NCBI GenBank assembly: GCA_951406725.2
Contig: OX597816.1
Location: 103,540,001 to 103,604,000, forward strand
Direction of reading: 5' to 3'
DNA: 64,000 bases
Source of the DNA: Octopus vulgaris
Taxonomy: Eukaryota
In this document: positions 13,773 through 27,049 of the stretch, piece after piece
Numbering within the stretch: position 1 is the stretch's first letter
How the letters are laid out: each line of letters begins with the position of its first letter
The notes under the pieces: generated by a model
What the model was told of the DNA's origin: nothing
The model's database searches: none
What the model saw: the letters and a program-made list of their open reading frames with translations, nothing else
Program-made: the position numbers and the translations under genes

Positions 13773-14307
13773 TACAGACAGACAGACACACATACATACA
13801 TACATACATACATAATACATACATACATACATACATATATACATAATACATACATACATACATAATACATACATACATACATACATAATACATACATACA
13901 TACATACATACACACACACATACATACCGACATTAATTGTGCTTCCAGTGTAGGGATTAAATTTCATCATATGGCCAATATTTTTAACAAAGAAGCGCCT
14001 TCATCAATTAACTTGCTTTTTGTTTCAAATTTCTCTTTCAGCATGGCTGCAATATTTTTCATTCTATTTTTGTAAGATTTTCACATTAGAACTGAATTAA
14101 ATTGCTATGTTATGTATCATCATTTCCAACTTTCTTCTTCTTATGATGATGATGATGATGATGATGTCGATGGTGGTGGTCATCATTGTGATCGTCTTCA
14201 TCATTACTGTTGTCACTGCTGCTGTTGTCATCATCATCATTATCAGCAGCAGTATCAGCAGCAACAGCTATACCCCAACATTATCAACAACAAAAATAAC
14301 AATAGCA

Positions 14308-14319
<12 letters not shown>

Positions 14320-14360
<41 letters not shown>
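14320..14360. repeat. (ACT)n microsatellite within a trinucleotide-rich tract (14143-14360)
   Basis: Directly visible. Confidence 0.9.
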
Positions 14361-14384
14361 ACAAACAACTGAAGTTAGTTATGA

Positions 14385-14815
14385 TTCCAAATTTTGGCAC
14401 AAAGCCAGCAATTTCAGGTTGGGGGTAAGTGGATTGCATTGATCCCCAGTACTCAACTGGTACTTATTTTATTAACCCCCAAAAGGATGAAAGATAAAGT
14501 TGACTTTGGCAGTATTTGAGCTCAGAACACGGAGACAGATGAAATGCCGCTAAACATTTTGCCTGGCGTGGTAACGATTCTTTTCTACTCTAGGCACAAG
14601 GTCCGAAAGTTTGGGAGAGGGGGGGAGCAATCATGTGTTTATGTTCCTATAACTTAGTGGTTCAGAAAAAGAGACTGATAGAATAAGTACAGTGCCTTAC
14701 AAAAGAATAATAAGTCCTGGGGTCAATTTGTTCAACTAAAATTCTTCAAGGCAGTGCCTCAGCATAGCTGTAGTCTAATGACTGGAACAAATAAAAGATT
14801 AAAGATAAAAGATAA
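14385..14815. mobile_element. Adjacent SINE fragments: family B (-) then family A 3' half (+)
   Basis: Family B aaggatgaaagataaagttgac; family A gatagaataagtac...aagtcctggggtc. Confidence 0.75.
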
Positions 14816-15899
14816 TACTTGTATAAGTATGTCTTCCATTCACCACTTCCTAATGAACACACATCATCTGATACTGATGACAATACTATTTCACAGCACT
14901 CCATTTTCAGCTATAAAATAAATTCCAATATATATTACCATAAACTAGAATCATGCTTCCACAATATCTTACTATCAGCAACATGGATCAAATTGATAGG
15001 TTGCTAAGTCAGGTCTCTCTTGGGTGCTACTGGTAACATGTAACCAAGTACAACCTGTCGCATGGTAGGGTTGTCAGCGACTAAACTGGCAACCCAATCA
15101 AACTTGCTTGGTAAGGAGAGTGATTGTTGGACACCCTGCGGGACGAAAAATAAGACCTGTCAAAGGGTGGAAGAATTACTGTGTAGTCAACAGCCAGCTC
15201 AACAAGCACATTGTCATGGTGAAGTGCTTGTGTGCTCCATTGGCTCGGAGAGCTATGCTGAAGGGAGAGAAATCTTCAGGCAGGTCTTACCAGGCCAGAC
15301 AGATTGAAGGGTAGGAAACAGACCTAACTGTGTGATAGACTTAATATCTCATCAAGTTTAATACCACTACCTGTTGAGTGTCTTAGTGGAGTTTACTCTT
15401 TTGTAAGTATTTGGGCTAGATCTCTGCTTTGTGGCTATCGGCCTTCTTCTTCCAAGTAGTCTTGAAGATCCTGTGAATGGTCATTGACACTGCCTTCTGT
15501 CTTGAGTAAAAAATAGAAAGAAAACACCATTAGAATTTTTCTATCATAATATTAGTATGTTAATTGTAAAATAGATGCAATATATTTCATTTTCCACTCT
15601 GAAGTAAATCAACGAATCACCAGATGACAGATCATACAATATGGTTCCTGAACAGACTGAACAACACAGCCTAGTGGAAGGGAAGACAAATACAGTAAGG
15701 TGCTACTAAATGTTGAATTTGCAAGATTTTTTTTTTGTTATAGGTCAGTGAGTTCATGCAGAGTTGGTGGAGGTTATTCAGAAACAACAACAACAACTTG
15801 TACTACAAAGACATAGACAAAAACAGATTGAATTTTCAGTTTTGTTGAGTTGGTTTCAGTTTTGATGGGGAAAAATCATTTCAATAGTATGAGTATTTC

Positions 15900-16100
15900 A
15901 AAGGTGGTTAGCTGGCAGAAGTGCTAGTATGCCAGGCAAAATGCTTCACGGCATTTTTCCCTGTCTTTACCTTCTGAGTTCAAACACTACCAAGGTCGAC
16001 TTTTATCTTTCATCCTTTTTGGAGCTGATAGAAATAAGTACCAGTTGAGTATTAGAGTTGATACCCTACAAGAAATTGCTGACCTTGAAACAGGATTTGA
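15900..16100 (+). mobile_element. SINE family B
   Basis: agctggcagaagtgctag...ttctgagttcaaa...ctttcatcc...aagtaccagttg. Confidence 0.75.
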
Positions 16101-17785
16101 ATTCAACATAATGAGTCTTCAAACATTGGATGTTATTACTAAAACTTTAATCTTGATCATCTTTGTAGTTATACTAAAATAGAATACAACTGTAGCATGA
16201 AAAGATCCATTTTTGCAGATGATACCACTGTGCACTAATTAACAGTACATTAAATGCAGCAGTTGTTTTCAAATGAAGAGAGAGTGTTTTATAGTTCAAA
16301 ACATCTTTCATTACAATTGAAGCCATACAGTGCATTTTAAATTTGAGATTGCTTTATCTCTTGTGCGGAATTAAACTTGATATGGCTTGTTGGCTGTTTC
16401 AATCTATTGCATCATAATCAATGTGCTGCTGGGTAAACTGCTCCAAAACATAATACATCTAGTATATAACAAACTTAACAATATGTACTTTTTGCAAATA
16501 CATAAATATTATTCATTCTTTTATTTGCTTCAGTCATCAGACTGCAGTTAAATGGGGACACTGCCCTGGAGGATTTAGTTATTCAGATTTTTAACCTCCG
16601 TGCTCATTTACAAGTCTGGTACTTTTTCTATTAGTTTCTTTTCACTGAACTACTGAGTTACAGGGATATAAATGAAGTATCATGGGTTGTCTAGCAATGG
16701 GAAGCAGAAACAAAGATGTTTGCACACACACACATACACACAAACATGCACACACACATACTCACACGCGTGCACACACACACACACATGCATATGTACA
16801 TATATACAATAGGCTTGAACAGTCTCTGTCAACCAAATTCACTCACAAGATAATAATTTGCACAGGGCTATAGTAGGAGATTCTTGTCCAAAATGACGTG
16901 GATTTTGAGACTGAGCCCACAAGCATATGATTTTGGAACCGACCCCAAAACCACTTGGTTATGAAGTAAATATTTTGACCACACCACTATGTCTGACACT
17001 ATCAAACATGGTCTAATATAAATGTTTCTATAGGATGAAAATGGACCTCTGACTGTTAAAGGATATAAAATACATATTTTTAAAATCATGCTGGGTGGAA
17101 ATGCATAACTCTTTCAGTCTATTCTAGCTTGAAGTGACAAGAGAAAACTGTGTATTTTGGATTTTTTTTTTTTTTTTTTTTTTGTGGCTTAGTCAGACGT
17201 AGGAAGGTAATACCTGCAACTTTTTGTAGGTCTCAAAGTTTAGGGAGAGAAAAAGTGTTGGGTGTTGGTATTAAGTAGGGGAACGGATTCAGTCTCACAT
17301 GAAATGCTATTCCTCAATTACAGGGTTGCTGCGAAAATAAAAGATGTACAAGATAGGGAATTTTACAAGGTCCTTAAGTTAATGGATCAAGTTAAAGAAA
17401 TAGTTGTAGGCAGTGAAGAAGTGTCTCTGGGTACTCTGAAGATTACAAGAAGATGAATATAAAAGAAGTGAACCAGAGGATTGGATAAGGTGAAGTCTTC
17501 AACTTTGAATTAGATGAAACCTTTTATCATTAGAAGCAACAGTTTTTTTACCTCTAAATACATAAACATGATAGTTTTACAAGAACTCCCTTCATATGAA
17601 TTGTTTCATTGATAAACTATACATGTCTGTCACTCACAACTGACCATCCTGGCAATTCATTACTTTCATTTCATGGTTACCTTGCAGCAGTCTAATCAAC
17701 TACTTCAGGTGCATCCAATGTTATTCTGAATTCAAGTACAGTCTGATGTATTAAATGTTACATGCATAAAAGTATTATTGAATTA

Positions 17786-18140
17786 TTGTTATATTTCAGG
17801 ATGGTCATTTTTTTTTTTTGCCAAATAAATGCATGCATTATATATTTATTCTTCACTTCTTTATCATTGTTCTTATTTTATCTTATGTCCATTGCTGGAA
17901 ATTTTTATCATACATCTGTGACCTCTTCACTGATCCTTTCCATCCACATGTATCCTCTTCCTCAGCTTAGTCCATTCTCTTATCTCCGAACAATAGACAT
18001 AAAATGAAATAAGGACAATAATATATGAGTGCAAAATGAATATGCAGTGCGTGTGCTTCTTTGAGAAGAAAAAAAAAATTACCATCCCGAAATATAACAA
18101 TATCTGTTTCAACACATGATTTTGCATCAGGAATCTTGCA
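17786..18140. mobile_element. Foldback element with nested inverted repeats
   Basis: attgttatatttcaggatggtcatttttttt pairs with aaaaaaaattaccatcccgaaatataacaat (ending near 18101); inner arms cattgttcttattttatcttatgtccattg / caatagacataaaatgaaataaggacaata. Confidence 0.75.
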
Positions 18141-19789
18141 AAACAAATCCATAAATGTATCACTGAATTCTCCTTAACCTATTATTTTGTAATTATGCAA
18201 ATTATAGATGCCAAAAATCATTGTATCTCTTTTTCTACTTATACTAATCTCTGTCTACTGATCAAAGTAGGCTCAAGGGGACTATGCTTCATATATGCGG
18301 ATTGATAAAGCAGAAACATGTCAATTAATATCTCTTTTTCTTCTAACAATGATGCTGTGCATGTGTTTATTTGATATGAAAACCCAATTTTCTGTGAAAT
18401 TAATAAATTTTCCTGAAATCATTTCCATTACGGTTTTGCTAGCTTTCTCAAGCTAAAAGATAAGTTTCTGTTCATTAGAAAATTTTTACATATGACATTC
18501 AGCACACACCCTAATTCACACCTATCTGAATTATCTAAATTCATGTCATAGGCCCATTTGAGTAATTTCCATTAGCTCACATTTTGTGAAATTCTCGGAG
18601 TTTGCCAGTCTATTAAAAGTCTCATTTCTTTTCACACATGACTTAAGATACCAGACTACCTATTTTCTATCTAATTCTTTGTTATATACGAAGAAAACTT
18701 AGTGGTGGTGGTGGTGGTCACCATGAGGAGGAGGAGTGGTTCTTAGAAATAACAAATACCAAACCCTATAAAGAATTATTAATGTAATTCCAACACCACA
18801 TCTCTATATTATTCTTCTTTTGTCATGGTGTTGGAAATGTCTGAAACACTTAAGACCATCTTAATTGTATTAAACATGGCAAGTTGCCTGCCCTCTTTTC
18901 AGCCTTCACACCCCACTTAGTTTTCAAACTTATTCTGTAGTTCTTCAGCAGGTTATGTAATGAGAACATGGTCATCAACTTATATAGACTTTCAAGGACA
19001 GTCATCTATATTGGTAATTCCATGTAGAGTTGCATAATCTAACAACTGCATACAGTTCTTCCCTGTATAATGAACTCTATAATGATACCTTCAATTATTT
19101 CCTTAACTTGATCCATTAACTTAAGGACTTTGTAAAATTCCTTATCTTGTATATCTCCTTTTATCTTAGCAGCAATCCTATAATTGAAGAAAGCATTTTA
19201 TTTGAGACTGAATTAATTCTCCTGTTTAACACCATCACTTGACCCTTGGGTTCATTTTTTGAAGTCCTATATGTTCAAGTGTTTGAACAAGATCTCCATT
19301 CCAAGAACACTTCAGTATTTAGATGCACTGATTCCTATTGCACAAATCCATGAATCAGAGTTTCCTTCTCCTTTTCTTTCATTAATCTTTCCTTCTGCTT
19401 TTCTAACTAATCTTTTCTTTTCCTTTTCTATCTGTGGTAGCCGTATATCTATTCTACAGTAAAGCAACTGTTCCTGTCCCTTTGTCATAAAGTAACATCT
19501 CATTGCCTTGCATAAAGCCACAGCCCTCAATACTACATGAGGTACTTGGTGACTTCATTAGTGCTGGTGCCACATGGAAAGCACCCTATACATTGCTGTT
19601 AGGAAGGGTATCTGCACATAGAAACCATGTCAAAGCTGACATTGGAACTTGATGCAGTTCTCTGGCTTGTCAGCTGCTTGATAAACTGTTCAGCTGATGC
19701 TAGCATGGAAAATGGATGTTAAACAATGATGATGATGATGATTATGATACCAAGAAAAAATGCAAATGAATAAGATCCAGTGGTTGGAA

Positions 19790-20490
19790 AATATGGCTGT
19801 GCTGAGAAAATTAGATCAGCAGCTGCAAAAGGTGCCATCAGTGTATTACCTCCCAATGTAATGTAATGTTGCTAAAACAATATACAATGTCATGCAAAAA
19901 AGATTGTACTGAGACAAATGTAAAGAATCTCTCTGTTATTAAATCCATACATTAAAATCAACATGAAGAATATTTGTAGAATATTCCTATCAAAACATTT
20001 ACAGGCCAAATATCATTGCCTGGGACAGACAAATAAAAAGTAGGACCAATGGAATATATTGGAGAGTATGTCCCATAGAATATGTTCCAGAGATATGTCT
20101 AGAGATCAGCTGCTCTGCTGATGTGAATATCTCTTTGAAAATCAAAGAGAAAGAAGATAACTACAGACAACTGCTTTGAAATCTTCAGCTTCTGCACCCA
20201 GATTATAAATTCACATTTGTACCAATAATAATTGGTACACTTGATTTCGTGAGTAAATGCCTAAGTGAGAATCAGGAAAAGATAGGCTTTTCAGACAAAG
20301 AAATCAATCAGCTAATATGCACATTACAAATGCAGTTTGTAAGAGAAACGATAAAAATATGCAAGACTTTTTTCAAGTTCAAAATGTGACATTGTTTTTG
20401 TTATCTACATTCCACTGATAAAGCTTTGTATCTTTGTTAGAAGCCAGCTCCTTTCTTACAGGAAGACAATAAATAATTAAAAATAGAACT
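19790..20490 (+). mobile_element. R4/Dong-like RLE non-LTR retrotransposon 3' fragment
   Basis: LEISCSADVNISLKIKEKEDNYRQLL*NLQLLHPDYKFTFVPIIIGTLDFVSKCL...IKICKTFFKFKM* (stop ends 20389); runs into (CA)n. Confidence 0.75.
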
Positions 20491-21349
20491 GCACACACAC
20501 ACACACACACTTGCATACATGCAAACAAACAAGGAAGGTTAAATATATATTAGTTTATTGAAGATATTGACTGATATGTAACATCAGGAACACCAGTGAA
20601 AAATTTGAGCATATAGGTTGATTTGCGGGTAAAAAGTGAAGAAAAATGTGAAAATATTGAATATTATGAAGGTGATACAAGGAAGACTTAGTGCATGTGG
20701 AGTAAAGTGAAATTGCAAACAGTCAACCCCTGTCAGCATGACGATGATGATGATATGAACAATAAAACGATGATTTTTAACGGAAAAACTTTTACTAAAA
20801 CAATGTATTTAAAATTTTTTTTTCTGTTTTCTTGAGCTACTAAGATATTTTTCATACCCAAATATTCACAAACAACATATTTCTATAATAAATGAAAATG
20901 TCACTAAATAACAATATACATGCGCTATTTAGAAAAATTAAAAAATCTCAATTATATAAAATAATTCATTTCAAAAAGAGAAAACCAAGAAAAAAAATAA
21001 TAAGTTGACCGTAGCTGCTTTAATTCCCAAAGAAAAATTTTCTTTTTCATTTCAATAAAATTTCCTTAAAATGTTTCTATATAAAGCAACATATTTCTCA
21101 ATGTCTAGACCAATGTTTTTCAACCGGGATGCTGCTGCCAGCGCCTGGAGGTGTCACAAGATGGTCAGATTTAGTACATTAACCACTAATAGTAGTAACA
21201 ATAATAATTAATAATAGTAATAATAAAATGAAGCTTTGACACATGAAAGAATTTTATTTCAAAAATAATCCGAAAAGACCGCAGAAAAAAAAACAATTAT
21301 AATTAAGGATTTGATGTATATGACTTTGGGTTTTCGTCATTGAAAATTA

Positions 21350-24300
21350 GATAGAATAACATTAGTTGCGATTATATAAGTTACTACAGCTGGTGACAAG
21401 AAATGTCAGTCAAGTTGTTGTAATCAAGTAGTCTACCGTTTGTTGTGGTAGTAGTATCATTGACAGCCACTGTGTGGCACTAGTACCTTAAAACAGCCAA
21501 TCAAAATCTTTTATTTAGGACGGCGCTAATATTATTCAATATGGTCGATTGTCATTTACTGCTAAATGACACCAGGAATGTATTTATATAGTAATTTTCC
21601 TAATTGAGTAGTTTTTACCTGACATGTGGTGTTGTCAGACAACGACTCTCTACTACACTGATACCAATATTAACGAATGTTGTCAACCGGTGTTTTATTA
21701 AATACTTTCCATGAAATATGAATTCCATTTAAATGCATGCGACAATTCCCGTATTGAAAAAATGACAGTTCACATGAATTTTTGGATAATAAAAAATTAT
21801 ATATTAAAGATTTATACAATAAGGTGACCAAATCAATATGTCATTAATCCATTTATAAATCGATTTATATTATTTAACTGTTTGCGTTGTATTACGCATC
21901 TTCCGCTTTCTAGATGGCAAAGTTCTACGAGACGTGGCAGCGTTAATGTATTTGTTGCTTCTGACAAATTATAATTTAGAAATTCGAGGTAAAAATTATA
22001 AAACAAAATAACTTCAGCTAAATTCACAACTCTTCTCATTCGACGTTTGTATCTTTTTATAAAAAAAAAAGAACAAACTCCAATTCAGTTTTATTCCTGC
22101 TACTGATAATGAACATTTAAAAAAAACAAAGGTTATGTTTATAAAACTACGATTGTTTAAATCCACTTTCAAATGCTTATACAAACTAAAATCATTCCAA
22201 AATCAATATAATTAAATCTAACTTTTGATTACATATATGTAAATATAACATTTCAGAATATATTTGTATATCGATCATTAACAAGTGTGCAGGTGCGTTT
22301 TCCATCTGCACTCTTCGACTGTAGACTTGGACATTTCCGAGCATTGCTGCATAAAGAAATAAGCTCCTGATTTCAAAATATGTGCGTGCATAGGTGCACG
22401 CACAATGTGGACGCACGTATGTGTATGCATGTGTATAGAAGCGTGCAGACATGCAACCTCTTGCATACGGACAAACGCGTGTTCAACCAGACACAGCACG
22501 TGTTTACTGGGGCAGACAAAATTAGTAAATAACAAAGAATAAAAACAAATCGTTCAGTTAAGGGAAGGTGATTTATTCGGATAATATTTTATGAAAATTA
22601 AGCTCTTTTAGATAAGAGAAAATCCGGGCGATGTAGATTTCGTAAATGGAAATATTCTTTGTGATTTGACACAATAAAGACATTAACTGTTCAGGTAGCT
22701 CACCTACATTATAACACATCTTTAACTATCAACTGCCAGGTTATCGAGACAGGAAATTTCGTTCATTTCTCCATTTAGGAAGCTGTACTTTACATCTGTC
22801 ATCATTTAGAATCAGCTATTCAGAATTCCAAAACGTGCAACAGTCGGGCTTATCAGTACCAATCGCTTGAAATTTATATTTTGACCATTTTGCATTAGTA
22901 GCATGGTCCGTGCACTGCATATATTCATCCGTAGTAATCTCTTCTTTTCTTCAATAGTTTTCGTTCTGTATTTGTCTATTAGTTGCACTATAACGGTAGC
23001 TGTCTTCACCATTTATTTATTTTTTATTTGGTCTGGTTAAGAGGTAAAACGGGCATCAGTCGGTCTGTCATTCATTTACTTCGAAGAAGCATCAGCTTGC
23101 TGAATATTGTAGACTAGTAGAGCGAGAGCGAAAGAAAAAGAGATGGAGAGAGGGGAAAAGAGAAAAACACGGAAAGAGAGGAAGAAGAAATTACGCTTGT
23201 AAAGCAGGCACTGCAATGCTATCCTGTTAGTCTTTTTGTTTTCCTTCTGCTCACAGGTTTTCTGACTGGCTTCGCTGTTGTCTTCCGTGTTATTTGTTAG
23301 TGATGATGATAATGATGCTGGCACTGCAGAGGAATTAGTGACCAACAGCGACACACAGCACAGCGGCTGCTCTTTGGATCACCGTAAAGAATGAAATAGC
23401 CAGGAGCTGTCTCTAACTCGCTGTTTATATGTAAAAAAATACCCAAACAAATCGTTAAACAGTTTCCATTCCATATTCACTACTGCTATTCAACTATTTA
23501 TTTATCAATCTATTTAACTAACAGTTTCTCCCGACTCGCTGTAGCGTTAGTAATAGGTGTGTTTCGACATAAAACTCCTCTAAGCTGTCTCTCACATCCT
23601 CCCATTCCTCTTTCTCTTTCCGTCTCTCTCTTTCTTTCCATCTCTATCCGAGAATTTTCACTTTTTTATGTTACTTTCTTCTTCATCTAGACTCTGTTTA
23701 CCATTAGTGGTTTGTACTAACCCGACCATACAGACATCAAGCTGGAAATGTGTTATTTCTTCCATCAATGATAGCAAGCTTTTATCTAAAATTCCAAAAT
23801 ACGCACTGAATACCCTCGATTTCTACAAACAAATGGGCTTCATTCGTTGTTAGACGAAAATATTCACTCAACGCTCATTAGAATGCTATACATATACAAA
23901 TGAAGGTTGCATTAACGAAAAATATCGAGCGTTCAATCAGTCATTTTTCTATTCCGCTAAAAGTGTTTATTTTTAAATCGAACAGTTTCCAAATGGAATG
24001 ATTTATCCGAAAGGTATTCACCCTTTCAACACATCCAACATTTCAACAGTATTAATTATCTTTACCTCATTATACACCTTGATGCTTTCTCCATCTTTCT
24101 TTTAAATCTATATCAACAACCACACACACGCACCAACATAGACATACGCTTGCATTGGAGCATTTCGTGCAATATATGCATATATACAACCAAAGAAATC
24201 GTTATAGACGACGTATGTATATAGATATAAATTTGTACATGTATCACAATATATGTCTACCAGGTAGACGTATGCCTGTACAGGCACATACCACAACACC

Positions 24301-24825
24301 TCATTCGAAGTTAAAACGGAACCTGCACTCCTAGGTTTTTAAAAATTATTTAAACAAAAAGGTGAAAAGAAATAAAACAAAAAAAGTAATAATTAAACTA
24401 AAAACAAGTGGCTAATAAATTAGAAAGATATACAGCCGTCGTTAAGCTTGCTCAGGGAGTGTACGTAATATAATTGTACATACATATATAGATCGATATA
24501 TATATATATAATTTTAATATCGATATCTACCTATAACTTCATGACATAATTATAATTGCAATCTAGCCTGCTGTGTTCCAATATTTTCTGCTCTAGTGTC
24601 ATTCATTTACACCCAAATAGACAACATTCGTTATGTTAGCGCTTATGGCACCAGTTGTCGCCTTGCAGAGGCCACTTACTTGGGTATCTTAAGAAAAAAA
24701 CAGAGAAGTAAAGAATAAGGAGGACTGTCATTATATTGGAAGATAACTGCAAAGCAAAAATTATTCTCCAAAAATCATTCAGCCTGGCGTCGTCTGGAGA
24801 GAGCGCTGCTTTAAAGGAAGAAAAT
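21350..24825 (+). promoter_or_regulatory. TE-poor, CpG-retaining region: probable promoter/5'UTR region of the downstream gene
   Basis: No recognisable SINE/LINE for about 4 kb, more CpG than the flanks, a CCAAT box (agccaatca near 21496), candidate acceptors ttccttctgctcacag (ends 23255) and ttttctgctctag (ends 24596). Exact transcription start not determinable. Confidence 0.45.
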
Positions 24826-24942
24826 ATGTCCCACCGTTACAGTAAAAGGACAGAATCTTTACCCAATACCCTGTCAGGGGCCATGTTTGGAAATGGGCAA
24901 CATTCGCAAGAGGAAAATCCTAATTATCTTGTTTACAAAAAG
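24826..24942 (+). CDS. RGS7: Probable first coding exon of an R7-family regulator of G-protein signalling (RGS7/EGL-10-like): MSHRYSKRTESLPNTLSGAMFGNGQHSQEENPNYLVYKK
   Basis: First in-frame ATG after TAA at 24709; ends at a strong phase-0 donor AAG|gtaagg; EENPNYLVYKK resembles the RGS7 pre-DEP motif DESPNMLVYRK as I recall it. The next (DEP) exon was not found in the window. Confidence 0.65.
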
Positions 24943-25910
24943 GTAAGGTTACGTCTCTTCTATTACTCCTTCTTTAAAGAAACGTTGAGGAAGTACGGGG
25001 TGGCTAATCAGGGACAGAAAGAGAAAGTGAAAGTTTGAAAAGTAACAAAGGCTGCATGGTGGTAGTACCGTGCACATTTTCCATTCTTATGTCTAAGACT
25101 TTCTCTCCGAAATTCCTCGTTCTATGATTCCCCCGCCTCGTATATAAATGTATAGTGCAGAGTTGTATTTATGCATTCAGGCATGTTGCAAGCTCATTTT
25201 CAAGGTTTTCTGCAGGACTTACAATATTATAAACGACTCCATTCCACTTGTTGTGAAGAATGAAGATTTTTATAAGAGAAATTTTAGTTATTGCATGTTT
25301 ATTTCATTTAATTCCTCTGCTGCTTTGTTATCTATTTGCTATACATCGAAGAAATGGAATAATGAAGAATTTATTAGAAAGCGTACCTTATTGGGGAGGA
25401 AAAAAATGGAATGAAAGAAATGAGTTTGATTTATCTGAATTATTTAGCGTGCTTTTTTCCCCCCCAATTAATATTCATTTATTTACTCGTCTTCGTGTAC
25501 GGTATCCCCTCTCTCTATCTTTTCCTTTGAGTATCATTAGCTACAGATTTGTTCACACGATGACACTTAGATTTTATTATTTGTACATTTATATATTTTG
25601 AGGTGTCTATAAATGTATTACTGTTCGGAAGAATTGTGTATGTTTTTGCTCTTAAATTCAGAGTCAACATACATACGTACACACATAGATACATACGTAC
25701 GTACGCACGTACCTACGTATATACAGATATACATATATGTCTGTATAAGAATGTATAACGGTATGTAAATAATACATTGATATATGTTCATATAGTGTTC
25801 TGTCTCTCTCACTCTCTCTCTTTATATATATATAAGGGGTAAGAAGATGAGATTGATATACTGAGAAGCAGAGATATTGTGCATGTACAATCTACGTATG
25901 AATCTCTGTT

Positions 25911-25946
<36 letters not shown>

Positions 25947-26254
25947 CGGGAATATATAAGAGTATCTCTCTGTGCACGTATAGTTATACGCATACTTATA
26001 TATGTGTGTGTGAGTGTGAATATATATATATATATGTATATTATATATTTTATATATACATGTGCGTGCGCGCGTATAAATATATATATATACACACATG
26101 TATATATTATATATGTGTGTAGGTATGATATATGTATATACAACTTATATATGTATACATATATATATATGTATGTATGTGTGTGTGAGAGTGTATGTGT
26201 ATATATATGTGAGTATGTTTGTATGTATGTATGTATGTATGTATATGAGTGAAA

Positions 26255-26960
26255 TAAACATTAGAGTTGCTTTGACCCTCACAGAAACTGCAGGAGCTGC
26301 TTAGAGTTTCTGGAAGCTCTTCTAAAACCACTGCAATCTTGAAAATCATTCCATATCTTGGGGTCACAAACGTTTTGCCCCTTAGTCTGTACTCTTTACC
26401 CGAGTTGGGCTGTGAAGACGGAAAATAATCTTCACCTGAAGAATGGTTCCACCTGCGGTCTCTTATCAACTGTAGCTACATTGATCTTGTTTCAGCTGCT
26501 GTGCTTGCCTCCCTGGTGGCTTTTTTCAGCTGTCTGGGTTTCAGACCTCTCTTCTGCAGGAACTATTACACCATTGCACAAGGAAAAATGAGGCTGCGTG
26601 CCATCCCTTGAGAAGGGCCCTCACTGCCCAAGTTGTGGTATTTGTTTTTTTATCTGATGGGAAATATCGAGTTGGTCCTACCAAATCACTGTGAATTAAA
26701 ACCAAGATTATTGCATTTTGTTCTTCTGGAGAGCAAAAACATAACTACTTAGAGTGATGTTACCTCTACTTCCTTTGAGGAGGTGAATCTATGGTTCATG
26801 TCTATGAGCATCTCTTGGTTTGAGGCTGAATGCAAAATAGAAAGCTGGTTCCCTGCTATAGTTTTCATTTTGGGAGCTTTGTTGTCTTCCCTTAGGAATC
26901 TGATAAAACTTTGGTGGTACTGGCTAGCGTTAGTTAGCATTCATTCTTTGTAGATGACAC
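26255..26960 (-). mobile_element. HERO/NeSL-like RLE non-LTR retrotransposon 3' relic
   Basis: Degenerate minus-strand pieces EMLIDMNHRFTSSKEVEVTSL and QLKKATREASTAAETRSM*LQLIRDRRW resemble HERO-type RLE C-termini; the 3' end runs into (CATA)n. Confidence 0.5.
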
Positions 26961-27049
26961 ATACCTACATATATATTATATATAATATCAATTTCATTTG
27001 GTTGGTCATGTGTTCACATGATATATAAATATCATTCTCAAAATAAATA

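Noticed and set aside
15368-15520. Possible minus-strand exon after a pyrimidine tract
   Set aside because: Stops in all three frames and a weak donor.
24736-25038. 100-aa ORF taken as a single-exon gene
   Set aside because: Starts at TTG and reads through a strong splice donor at 24943; only 24826-24942 is supported.
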